Part shown: positions 1 to 8,615 of the stretch, piece after piece
Numbering within the stretch: position 1 is the first letter of the stretch
Layout of the letters: each line of letters starts with the position of its first letter
Source of the DNA: Anaerolineae bacterium
Lineage (GTDB): Bacteria > Chloroflexota > Anaerolineae > Aggregatilineales > Phototrophicaceae
DNA length: 64,000 nucleotides
Assembly (NCBI GenBank): GCA_034436155.1
Contig: DAOTVP010000088.1
Location: forward strand, 6,105 to 70,104
Reading direction: 5' to 3'
Position numbers and translations under genes: made by a program
Notes under the pieces: model-generated
What the model was told of the DNA's origin: nothing
Database searches by the model: none
The model's input: only the letters and a program-made list of their open reading frames with translations

Positions 1-337
1 ATAACCCCGATGCGACTAAAAATAACAGCATCCCCTGAAACAATCCCGATACCAACGTCCCGAAAAACCGTTGGATATTGAGTTCAAACCACTCGCTTGT
101 GAATGTGCTGGCTTCATCACCCAATAGGGCAATATCGAATGTGGTTGGATCTGCAGTATACAGTGCCAATAAGTCGGCATTTTCGGGTTCTTGCAAAAAC
201 GCTTGTAATTTTGGGGTATCTATCCCCTTGCGGAAAGACCCCGTAGCATACAAACCAAAGGCGAAAGCCAGCGCGAATAACATCACGATAGCCACGACAG
301 GATTCGACAAATTGAGAGAGAAATTTTTTGTGTTCAC
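1..337 (-). CDS. Branched-chain amino-acid ABC transporter permease (LivM/LivH-type), N-terminal part only; runs off the window edge
   Basis: Not in the ORF track because no stop falls in the window. My own minus-strand translation from GTG 337-335 gives VNTKNFSLNLSNPVVAIVMLFALAFAFGLYATGSF...LVSGLFQGMLLFLVASGL, which has hydrophobic helices. The GTG overlaps the livF stop (334-336) as GTGA. Operon context with SBP/livG/livF. Confidence 0.5.
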   Translation of the reverse strand, partial: MNTKNFSLNLSNPVVAIVMLFALAFAFGLYATGSFRKGIDTPKLQAFLQEPENADLLALYTADPTTFDIALLGDEASTFTSEWFELNIQRFFGTLVSGLFQGMLLFLVASGL

Positions 338-1041
338 GATACACCCAAATAACGATTCACGATGGCGGGGTCTGAGAGTAAATCTGCCATGCGTCCCGCC
401 TGTACGCTATGCCCTTCATCTATAATCACGTATTGGTCGGCTAATTTGCTCGCCACACGGAAATTTTGCTCCACCAGAAGCACCGTTTTCGTCTCGGAGA
501 GGGTCTTAATCGCCGCCATCAATTGTTGGATGATGACAGGCGCGAGTCCCTCGCTCGGTTCATCGATGAGTAACAAGTCATTTTCGGGGACGAGTGCGCG
601 GGCGATTGCCAGCATTTGTTGTTGCCCGCCCGATAGTTGCCCGCCACCGAGATGATACAACCGTTGCAAATCGGGGAACAGCGAGAAGATGAAATCGCGT
701 TGTTTGTCGAGGTCGCCTTTTTTGCGTCCTGCGAGTTCCAAATTTTCGCGCACGGATAATTCTTTGAAGATCGCCCGATGTTCTGGCACATAACCGATAC
801 CCAATTGGGCAATGGCGTGCGGTTTCATCCCCACGAGCGATTTTCCGTTATAGATGATAGACCCCTTGCTCGGCGGGGTCATGCCCATGATGCTTTTTAG
901 GGTGGTGGTTTTGCCCGCGCCGTTGCGCCCTAGCAAAACGGTGATGCTCCCGCGTGGGACGCTGACCGATACCCCCTCTAAAATATGGAATTGCCCAATG
1001 AGGGTATGAATGTGTTCAACCGTGAGTAACTGTTCAGTCAT
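334..1041 (-). CDS. livF: Branched-chain amino-acid ABC transporter ATP-binding protein LivF
   Basis: 235 aa. Walker A GRNGAGKTT, signature LSGGQQQ, Walker B LLLIDEPSEGL. Directly follows livG. Confidence 0.88.
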   Translation of the reverse strand: MTEQLLTVEHIHTLIGQFHILEGVSVSVPRGSITVLLGRNGAGKTTTLKSIMGMTPPSKGSIIYNGKSLVGMKPHAIAQLGIGYVPEHRAIFKELSVRENLELAGRKKGDLDKQRDFIFSLFPDLQRLYHLGGGQLSGGQQQMLAIARALVPENDLLLIDEPSEGLAPVIIQQLMAAIKTLSETKTVLLVEQNFRVASKLADQYVIIDEGHSVQAGRMADLLSDPAIVNRYLGVS

Positions 1042-1043
1042 GA

Positions 1044-1802
1044 TTAATCCTCATACAGCGTCCCCAAATACACATTTTGCACCGTCTGATTGGCAGAAAT
1101 TTCGGCGGGCGTGCCTTCTGCCAACACCGCGCCACCGCTCATCACGGTGATTTTATCGGATATGCCCATGACCACGCTCATGTTGTGTTCGACCAAGACG
1201 ATCGTCTGACCGCCCGTTTGTTGGATGTGGTGGATGGTCTGTATGAGTTCGGGGACTTGTTCAGATGCCATGCCCGCCGTGGGTTCATCCAACAACAAAA
1301 TTTCGGGTTCTGGCGCGAGGAGCAACGCCAATTCCAGCTTGCGCTTGCCTCCATGAGGCAGGGTATTGGCGAGGGTATTGGCAGAATCGGCTAACCCAAC
1401 CATGCCCAACACTTGCATGGCACGGGCATAATAGGTTTTATAGGTGATGGCGTTGCGATAAAATTTGAAGCTATCACGCCCGACCGCTTGGGCGGCGAGG
1501 CGCACATTTTCGATGACCGTCAGATTGGGGAAGATGTTGGTAATCTGAAACGAGCGCCCGATGCCGATATGCGCCCGTTGATGAAAGGGCATGTTGGTGA
1601 TGTCTTGCCCTTTATAAAACACTTGCCCACTGGTCGGTTTATATTTGCCACTGAGCAGATTAAAAAAGGTCGTTTTGCCCGCCCCGTTGGGTCCGATAAT
1701 CGAGTGGGTTGTGCCAGCCACGATTTGCACACTGACATCATTCACCGCCACCAATCCGCCAAAGGCTTTGCGTAGATTGCGCGTTTCTAAAATAATGCTC
1801 AT
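1044..1802 (-). CDS. livG: Branched-chain amino-acid ABC transporter ATP-binding protein LivG
   Basis: Walker A GPNGAGKTT, Walker B ILLLDEPTAGM, LivG-type C-terminus. Start moved to the internal ATG at 1802 (MSIILETRNL...); the ORF-track N-terminal extension has no support. Confidence 0.88.
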   Translation of the reverse strand: MSIILETRNLRKAFGGLVAVNDVSVQIVAGTTHSIIGPNGAGKTTFFNLLSGKYKPTSGQVFYKGQDITNMPFHQRAHIGIGRSFQITNIFPNLTVIENVRLAAQAVGRDSFKFYRNAITYKTYYARAMQVLGMVGLADSANTLANTLPHGGKRKLELALLLAPEPEILLLDEPTAGMASEQVPELIQTIHHIQQTGGQTIVLVEHNMSVVMGISDKITVMSGGAVLAEGTPAEISANQTVQNVYLGTLYED

Positions 1803-1923
1803 GGAAAAAAATCTTTCATATTGGATAAGGTGAGTTTGTTTTATCTCAGTATTTTTAAGGGCGGATAGACGCACCTGATGGTGCTAACCCGCCCATACAC
1901 ATCCAAAGTGGAATCATCTGTAA

Positions 1924-1956
1924 GGGACGATTAGCGCGTAGCGCGTCTATCGTCCC
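1924..1956. repeat. Two-tier REP-like hairpin (TA...GT.T orientation)
   Basis: GGGACGAT-ta-GCGC-gta-GCGC-gtct-ATCGTCCC, between livG and the SBP gene. Confidence 0.8.
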
Positions 1957-2026
1957 TGAATGACAAGACACACAGATTAGCGTTTTTGATGCCTGTAGCG
2001 CCAAGCCACAGTGTTCAAATCGCTTT

Positions 2027-3379
2027 TTACGATTCGGGCGTTGCCGCGGGCTCCATCATTTCCATTTCCATCAACATGGGTGTGAAATCGGCATCTAATT
2101 CGCACCGTGGCGAGAGTTCCGCCCGTAATGCCTCATCCGCCAAGAAGGGGAAGGGGCATGGGGGCATGGTGTCGAATGCCGAAACAGTCCCCAACAAATC
2201 ATAGAAGGCGAAATCGGGGCTATCGAGGTTGGTCAATTGGGCGATATACATCGGCACCATCACTTGGTGATCAGACGGGCGGATGTAATACGTGCCTTTG
2301 GGTCCCTCGAATACCAGACCTTCGAGCGCGGGAATCATGCTATCGGGCAGGGTATCACCACCTGTGGCTTCGAGCGCGGCGACCATCGCTTGGGCAGTCG
2401 CAAACGCGCATTCGGTGAACAAATCTGGCACATCGTTATACATGGCACGATGATTTTCGACCAACCAGTCGTTGACTTCGGTTTGTGGGAAGGTGTAGTG
2501 ATACACGATATAAGCCACACTGCCGATGGTGCTGGGGTCACTGGCGGCGACAATATCATTCGAGTTGAACGCGCCGATGACGGTCATGCTATCATTCACG
2601 CCCTGGCTTTCGACTTGTTGGAACAAGGTCACGCTGGCTGTGCCTGCATAAATGGGGAGCAACACTTCTGCGCCACTGGCAACCGCTTCGGCGAGGTAGG
2701 GGGTGAAATCGGTGGCATCGGGGGGGATGAGGATGGTATCACGCACAAAATTGACACCCTTCGCGCCCAAAATCGCTTGGAACGCGCCTGCTGTACCCAG
2801 ACCAAAGTCATTTTGAGTCGCCATAATGACCCAGTTCGAGCCAAGTTCCAACGCGAAAGCACCGAGCGCAAACGCATCTTGGGCGGCGCTACGGCACACA
2901 CGGAAGGTGTTTTTATTAAAGAAGCGACCCGTAATATCGGGCGAGGCACCAGGCGCGGCGAATAAGATCACTTCTTGTTCCAACGCCACTTGTTGCAAGC
3001 CGATGGTGACAGTCGAGCTAGGCGCACCGACCAATAATTCCACCCCATCATTTTCGATGAGTTCACGCGCTTGTTGTTGTGCCGTCTCTGCGACACCCGC
3101 ATTATCACGCACAATCACCTCAACGGGGCGACCAGCAACTCGCACATCGGCAAGGGCGGCATCAACACTGTCATAATCTTGTGGATTCACACCTGTCGCA
3201 TACAGCAAACCGAGTTTGAAACCATATTCCAGTTCAATCCCGTAAATGGTGAGCAAACCGCTTTGGTCTACCATCAAGCCGACTTTAATGGGTGAATCAT
3301 CTTGGGCGACTGATGACCCCAATCCCACGCTCATCACGAACAGAATGACGGTCATCAATACAAAAATAGACTTACGCAT
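2027..3379 (-). CDS. ABC transporter substrate-binding protein (LivK / amino-acid-amide type), secreted
   Basis: Start at ATG 3379 (MRKSIFVLMTVILFVMSVGLGSSVAQ signal peptide) with AGGAG 8 nt upstream. Periplasmic-binding-protein type I features and liv operon context. Confidence 0.82.
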   Translation of the reverse strand: MRKSIFVLMTVILFVMSVGLGSSVAQDDSPIKVGLMVDQSGLLTIYGIELEYGFKLGLLYATGVNPQDYDSVDAALADVRVAGRPVEVIVRDNAGVAETAQQQARELIENDGVELLVGAPSSTVTIGLQQVALEQEVILFAAPGASPDITGRFFNKNTFRVCRSAAQDAFALGAFALELGSNWVIMATQNDFGLGTAGAFQAILGAKGVNFVRDTILIPPDATDFTPYLAEAVASGAEVLLPIYAGTASVTLFQQVESQGVNDSMTVIGAFNSNDIVAASDPSTIGSVAYIVYHYTFPQTEVNDWLVENHRAMYNDVPDLFTECAFATAQAMVAALEATGGDTLPDSMIPALEGLVFEGPKGTYYIRPSDHQVMVPMYIAQLTNLDSPDFAFYDLLGTVSAFDTMPPCPFPFLADEALRAELSPRCELDADFTPMLMEMEMMEPAATPES

Positions 3380-3472
3380 ACTTTTCTCCTTAAAAAATAA
3401 AAAATCACAATATTTCGGCACGACAGGCATGTTGAAAGCCTGTTTCACCTACACGGTTGTGTGTGGGGATTT

Positions 3473-4537
3473 TTATCCCTTCAGATGAGCATGGAGCAAT
3501 CGATTAAATTCATCGGGCTTCTCCATATACAAGATATGCCCCGCATCGGCGATGACCACTTCTTGATAGTCGCCACCGTGTGCCTTGTATTTCTCCAGAA
3601 ATGTGCGCGTTTGCGTGAGCATCGGCTGGGGTGGAAAAACATCCTCGCCCGGATAATTGGGTATCATCGGTACATAACCGAGTTTCGCCAATCCGCCAAT
3701 ATCGCGTAACGATAAATCCGATACGACCACATCTTTTTCGCCCCGAATCCACAGGATGTTATGTTTGGGTGATTTATCGAATAGCGGGGCATAATCGGGG
3801 ACATATTTTCGGCTGATGGCATTATTTGGACCCCAAATGCCAGGCGCAACATACGGATAATTCGGCGATGGCACCATATCGCCAGGGAAGGCTTTATCGC
3901 CCAAATGGATAGATAACAACGCTTCGAGCCATTGATCTTCATATGGATTTTCATACCCCGCCACGAATAACCCACGCAAGACATTGCGAGGCGAAAATGG
4001 GCTATCGGCGCTTCTATCCCCTGCGCCCAGCAATTGCACGAAGGTCGGATTCACCAACCCCGCGCCACCGCCCGCGAAATCGTCATAACACGGCGTACCA
4101 TCGGCATCTTTACTGCCACCGAAGCCATACGGCGAGCCAGGGTTGACCACCGTCACGGATAAAAAGCGATCTGGCGCATCCAATAATAATTGCCAGATAA
4201 TACTGCCACCCAACGAAATCCCGACCACATGCACTTTTTGATGACCAAGCGTGTCGAGCAATGCCAACGCATCATCGGCAAAATCGCCCATGCCACGAGT
4301 CGCATCAATTTTGACCGCACGGTCGGCATCGCCGTAGCCACGCTGGTCGGGCGCAATCCCCAAAAATCCGCGAGGGAGCGCCAGCATGACAGGCTCCCAC
4401 CATGTCGCCGATGAACTATTGCCATGTAAAAAGAGGACAGGTACGCCATTATCATCGCCCGAAAATAAAACACGGGTTGTCAGGCGTGGGGTGGTGATGG
4501 TCTTGGCACGGATGCCATCTAACACAGATACAGGCAT
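3473..4537 (-). CDS. Alpha/beta-fold hydrolase
   Basis: 354 aa. HGNSSS oxyanion-hole region and nucleophile elbow GISLGG (G-x-S-x-G). Confidence 0.78.
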   Translation of the reverse strand: MPVSVLDGIRAKTITTPRLTTRVLFSGDDNGVPVLFLHGNSSSATWWEPVMLALPRGFLGIAPDQRGYGDADRAVKIDATRGMGDFADDALALLDTLGHQKVHVVGISLGGSIIWQLLLDAPDRFLSVTVVNPGSPYGFGGSKDADGTPCYDDFAGGGAGLVNPTFVQLLGAGDRSADSPFSPRNVLRGLFVAGYENPYEDQWLEALLSIHLGDKAFPGDMVPSPNYPYVAPGIWGPNNAISRKYVPDYAPLFDKSPKHNILWIRGEKDVVVSDLSLRDIGGLAKLGYVPMIPNYPGEDVFPPQPMLTQTRTFLEKYKAHGGDYQEVVIADAGHILYMEKPDEFNRLLHAHLKG

Positions 4538-4917
4538 AATTTTAGTTTCCCCCTGTATGCTTAAAAAACAAATTTTTTGTAACTAATTTACTGTTTGATT
4601 ATAACCGCATCTGCCAAACCACGCCATGAATCCATTTGTGCAACATAGCACAACTTGGATGATGATAATGTACGAAAATGATAGTTTTTGATAGTTATTA
4701 TGCGCTAATCATTTCGCCGTGTGCGACCAGCGCCTCATAAATGCTTTTCGCCCAATGGCGCACACGGTCTGGATACCCCGTTATATCGCTCCCCATCGCT
4801 AAAGCGAGGGGTTTTACGGTGTTTTTGATAAACAAAAAAATCTCATCGTCTGAGATTAAAATAGACAATTATTTGTATGGGACGCCTTGTATTTCGATAA
4901 CAATGAAAGGACAGTGT

Positions 4918-5955
4918 ATGTTGAAGAAAATGTTGAGTATCATCATGATTATCGTCATGTTCACGATGATGAGTGGCGTATTTGCCCAAGAAGGAGAGCG
5001 TATGGCAAACCCGATCCGCCGCGATTATCACCCCATTTCACACGTCGAATTGGTCAAAGAAGGTGATGACCTGTTCCTCATCCTCAAAGGTGAATTGCGC
5101 GATGGTTGTGATTATCCCGCCAATATCCAAATCGAGCGTGTTGGCACAACCTTGTTTGTGGATATGTACCGCGAATTGCCGTTTGATGTGATGTGTCCGA
5201 TGGTGTTGCTCGGTTACGAAGAAAAAATCGCCGTCAACGACCTATACGCGACCGAAGGCGATATGCCCGATGTGCGCGTGGTCGTCATCAATGGGGTGCT
5301 TTTCGGTGTCGATCGCTTCGATGCGCATATGCCCGCCTTAAATCTGTTATGGGTGCGTGGTGTGTTGCCTGTGGATAGCATTACCGTTTCATCTACTGAA
5401 ACCGATGAGAAGCAAATCACGTTGGGCGGAACATTGACCGATGGTTGTGCTGTGCCGATTTATCGCGCTGTCCCAGATTGGCAAAACGAAGGCTTTACCG
5501 TCATCGAAGCATACATGGGCATCCCGTTGAATGCCAGTTGCTTGCAAATCGAAGAACGTTATGAGGGGACTATGCTCACCGCGCCGATGACCAGTTGCGC
5601 CGTGAATGGGGTGGTTGTTCCTTATAATCCAGATAACCCAGAATCACAAGCGTTTCGTGTTGAAGCCATGAGTATCACCAATGTCAGCGCCGAATGGGAA
5701 GATAGAGCCTTATCGCCCAATGTCAAAATCATCGTGTCGGGGATTGTAGACGGTTGCGAAGACCCGATTTCTATCGCGCCGCAACTCACGGGTGATAACA
5801 CCTACGTGGTACAAGTGGTGCGCGTGTTGCCAACCGATGCGGTCTGCACCATGATAGCCCGCGATTTCACCCAAACATTCATGTTTGCCCCTCTTTTACA
5901 AGGGGACGCGCCTCTCACCGTGATCATCGGCGAGCAGATGATTACCCTGCCATAA
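4918..5955 (+). CDS. Secreted hypothetical protein with three internal Cys-pair repeats
   Basis: Start chosen at ATG 4918 (MLKKMLSIIMIIVMFTMMSGVFAQ signal peptide). Three modules each contain G.L.DGC..P ... C (DGCDYPANIQ / DGCAVPIYRA / DGCEDPISIA). Confidence 0.6.
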   Translation: MLKKMLSIIMIIVMFTMMSGVFAQEGERMANPIRRDYHPISHVELVKEGDDLFLILKGELRDGCDYPANIQIERVGTTLFVDMYRELPFDVMCPMVLLGYEEKIAVNDLYATEGDMPDVRVVVINGVLFGVDRFDAHMPALNLLWVRGVLPVDSITVSSTETDEKQITLGGTLTDGCAVPIYRAVPDWQNEGFTVIEAYMGIPLNASCLQIEERYEGTMLTAPMTSCAVNGVVVPYNPDNPESQAFRVEAMSITNVSAEWEDRALSPNVKIIVSGIVDGCEDPISIAPQLTGDNTYVVQVVRVLPTDAVCTMIARDFTQTFMFAPLLQGDAPLTVIIGEQMITLP

Positions 5956-5978
5956 CATCGTGAGGGGGATATGCCCCC

Positions 5979-6422
5979 TCATGATGTTTCTGTACGATTC
6001 GGATGTTTTTCGGGTTCTTCTTTGAACAGCAAATCCAACGCTTCATCGCGTTTTTCGCCATACAAATAAAACGTTTTATCACCCGTGTTCAACAATTGGA
6101 TGAACGATTGCAAAATACGGTGCATCACACCCTGATTTTCGCTCCCCATAAAGACATAACGTATCGGTTTGGGGCGATTCGGATATTTCTTGACCAATTC
6201 TTGCGCCTTGCGAAAGGCATGATTAAGCGGTGGTTGTCTGGTTTGGGTGGTATCTACCAACACTTTGATTTGAGTATAAGGTGGTAATTGATACAATTGT
6301 TCTATATACTCAAACCATTCATCCAAAGCCGCACGATTAGCTTCTTTGAAGATGAATTCATAAAAATGGTTGTCATGTTGGATGATGTCCATGTATTGCG
6401 GTGGGGTGGTAATGTTAAGCAT
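5979..6422 (-). CDS. Hypothetical protein, tandem paralogue 1
   Basis: 147 aa. Clearly alignable by eye with the neighbouring 144-aa ORF (TPPQY..IQ.DNHFYEFIFK...KKYPNRPKP.R.VF). Confidence 0.6.
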   Translation of the reverse strand: MLNITTPPQYMDIIQHDNHFYEFIFKEANRAALDEWFEYIEQLYQLPPYTQIKVLVDTTQTRQPPLNHAFRKAQELVKKYPNRPKPIRYVFMGSENQGVMHRILQSFIQLLNTGDKTFYLYGEKRDEALDLLFKEEPEKHPNRTETS

Positions 6423-6550
6423 GTAAGATACTTTCTGTGATGTATACCTGGATTACAATCATCAGTATAACAAGGTAAGTTATAATGATGTATGAAAAAT
6501 TCCTGAATTTTCACTAAGACAATGATGCCAGTGGGATGCACCCCAAATGA

Positions 6551-6985
6551 TTAGATAGATTTTTTGGGATGCAAATGCGGTTCTTTTTCAAATAGAAAAT
6601 CGAGCGCCTGCTCTCGTTTATTGCCATACAGATAAAGAGTGGTATCGCTTGTACTGAGCAATTGCACTAAGGATTGCAAAATGTGATGCAATGCCCCCTG
6701 ATTTTCGCTTTCTACAAATACAATTCGCATCGGCTTGGGGCGATTGGGATATTTTTTGATCAACTCCTTCGCATGACGAAAGGCATATGTGAGGGGAGGC
6801 TGATGTTGGGTGCTATCAATTAATACCTTCACAATCGTATCAGATGGCAACTGAAACAACTGCTCCATGTAGATAAACCATACATCTAATGTGGCGCGAG
6901 ACCCCTTTTTGAAGATGAATTCATAAAAATGGTTGTCATATTGGATGAGCTCTAGGTATTGTGGGGGTGTTTCGATGGTTAGCAT
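6551..6985 (-). CDS. Hypothetical protein, tandem paralogue 2
   Basis: 144 aa, paralogue of 5979..6422. Confidence 0.6.
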   Translation of the reverse strand: MLTIETPPQYLELIQYDNHFYEFIFKKGSRATLDVWFIYMEQLFQLPSDTIVKVLIDSTQHQPPLTYAFRHAKELIKKYPNRPKPMRIVFVESENQGALHHILQSLVQLLSTSDTTLYLYGNKREQALDFLFEKEPHLHPKKSI

Positions 6986-7066
6986 AGGATTATAATCACT
7001 TTCAGATTGACACGGCTAATTTATAACTATTCTATAACAATCTGTATCAGAAAGTCTGAATTTGTC

Positions 7067-8302
7067 ATGAATTTTTCGCTCTCCTATCTCATCCATTCGA
7101 TTCGCCTCACCCTAAAATGGATCTTATTGGGGATGGTCGTAGGCATCCTATCAGGTAGCGCCTCGGCGCTGTTTTTAATCACGCTGGAATGGATGACCAA
7201 CACGCGCCTCGCCAACGGTTGGTTACTCTTTTTACTGCCGATAGCGGGTTTCGGCGTAGGGTATATCTATCATCATTATGGCGGACGCGCCAAGGGAGGC
7301 AATGCACTGGTGATAGACGAGGTGCATAACGATGTAGACCGCATCCCGCTCCGTATGGCTCCGTTTGTGTTAATCGGCACGCTCATCACGCACCTGTTTG
7401 GCGGGTCGGCAGGGCGCGAAGGCACTGCCATTCAGATGGGCGCGAGTTTAGCCGATGGCGCACGCCGTTTATTCGGATTAAATGGGGATGACCGCCGTTT
7501 GATGTTGCTGGCGGGCATCAGTGGCGGGTTTAGCAGTGTGTTCGGCACGCCGATAGCGGGATTCATCTTCGGGATGGAAGTGGATAGCATCGGCAAGGTG
7601 CGTTACGAGGGCATCATCCCCTGTCTCACATCCGCCATCGTCGGCGATTTGGTCACACGGGCATGGGGCGCAACCCATTCGCATTATCCACTCGCGCCGA
7701 TTATCCCACTGGATAGCCTGTTCATCCTCAAAATTGCGGTGGCGGGCGTGCTATTTGGTTTGACCAGTCGCCTTTTTGTGTTGGGGATAAAATTCGTCAA
7801 GCGTGTTTTATCCAACATCGCTTATCCACCGTTGCGCCCGATGGTCGGCGGGGTGGCGGTGATTCTATTGACGCTGATAGTCGGCAATGCCGATTATTTA
7901 GGTCTGAGTTTGCCCCTCATCCAAAGCAGTGTCCGCGCAGAAAATGTCTTTTTAGGCGCGTTTTTGCTGAAACTGATATTCACCGTTGTCACATTGGGCA
8001 GTGGATTTTTGGGTGGTGAAGTGACCCCGTTGTTCGTCATCGGCAGTACGTTGGGGTATGCGCTCGGCGTGATTTTGGGGATAGACCCCGCACTCGTGGC
8101 GATGGTCGGGTTTGTGGCGGTGTTCGCCGCATCCAGCAACACGCCAATCGCCTGTATTTTTATGGGTATCGAATTATTCGGCGGGAACATCGGCTTAATC
8201 ACGGTGGTGGGGTGTATGGTCGCCTATCTGGTCAGTGGACATGAGGGGATTTATCATACCCAACAGGTCGCCACGCGCAAGGCAGGGCGTAGTTCGGTAT
8301 AA
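7067..8302 (+). CDS. CLC-family anion channel/antiporter, CLC-F-like (possible F-/H+ antiporter)
   Basis: Multi-TM protein. GSAGREGTAIQ (gating-Glu motif with Thr instead of Pro), GGNALV where canonical CLCs have GSGIP, and GGEVTPLF where they have GxFxP. Start placed at ATG 7067. Confidence 0.8.
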   Translation: MNFSLSYLIHSIRLTLKWILLGMVVGILSGSASALFLITLEWMTNTRLANGWLLFLLPIAGFGVGYIYHHYGGRAKGGNALVIDEVHNDVDRIPLRMAPFVLIGTLITHLFGGSAGREGTAIQMGASLADGARRLFGLNGDDRRLMLLAGISGGFSSVFGTPIAGFIFGMEVDSIGKVRYEGIIPCLTSAIVGDLVTRAWGATHSHYPLAPIIPLDSLFILKIAVAGVLFGLTSRLFVLGIKFVKRVLSNIAYPPLRPMVGGVAVILLTLIVGNADYLGLSLPLIQSSVRAENVFLGAFLLKLIFTVVTLGSGFLGGEVTPLFVIGSTLGYALGVILGIDPALVAMVGFVAVFAASSNTPIACIFMGIELFGGNIGLITVVGCMVAYLVSGHEGIYHTQQVATRKAGRSSV

Positions 8303-8326
8303 GGGTATGTGTAAATGATTGGCACA

Positions 8327-8361
8327 GGGACGATATACGCGCCGATGGCGCTAATCGTCCC
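8327..8361. repeat. Two-tier REP-like hairpin (ATAC...TA orientation)
   Basis: GGGACGAT-ataC-GCGCC-gat-GGCGC-ta-ATCGTCCC. Confidence 0.85.
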
Positions 8362-8380
8362 GTACAGGTTATAAGCGAGT

Positions 8381-8598
8381 AGGGGCGGATTAGGCGAAGC
8401 CGTATATCCGCCCTATGATACGGAAATTTTTAGGTGTGTAGGGGCGGATTAGGCGAAGCCGTATATCCGCCCTATGATACGGAAATTTTTAAGTGTGTAG
8501 GGGTGGATTAGGCGAAGCCGTATATCCGCCCTATGATACGGAAATTTTTAGGTGTGTAGGGGTGGATTAGGCGAAGCCGTATATCCGCCCTGTGATTA
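8381..8598. repeat. Tandem array, 59-bp period, about 3.7 copies, each unit carrying one two-tier REP-like hairpin
   Basis: Units start at 8381, 8440, 8499 and 8558: aGGGGCGGATtaGGCgaaGCCgtatATCCGCCCtatgatacggaaatttttaggtgtgt. Copies 3 and 4 have a C->T change in the outer stem. Lies between the convergent clc and fhs genes. Confidence 0.92.
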
Positions 8599-8615
8599 GG
8601 CAAAATCGCTACCCA

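Noticed and set aside
2237-2965. 242-aa ORF on the + strand, plus other ORFs at 2107-3295
   Set aside because: Fully antisense to the well-supported substrate-binding protein gene. It has an Arg/Gly/His-rich shadow-ORF composition and no motifs.
6986-7066. Fluoride (crcB-motif) riboswitch upstream of the CLC-F-like gene
   Set aside because: I could not find the conserved GATGG...CC / CTGATGA..CCTAC-type segments by eye. The region is AT-rich without the expected pseudoknot helices. An Rfam scan is needed for a definitive answer.
8381-8598. Possible CRISPR array (regular direct repeats containing a palindrome)
   Set aside because: The whole 59-bp unit, including the would-be spacer, is repeated almost identically. 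There are no unique spacers, only about 4 units, and no cas genes in the window. It is a tandem amplification of the REP-like hairpin.
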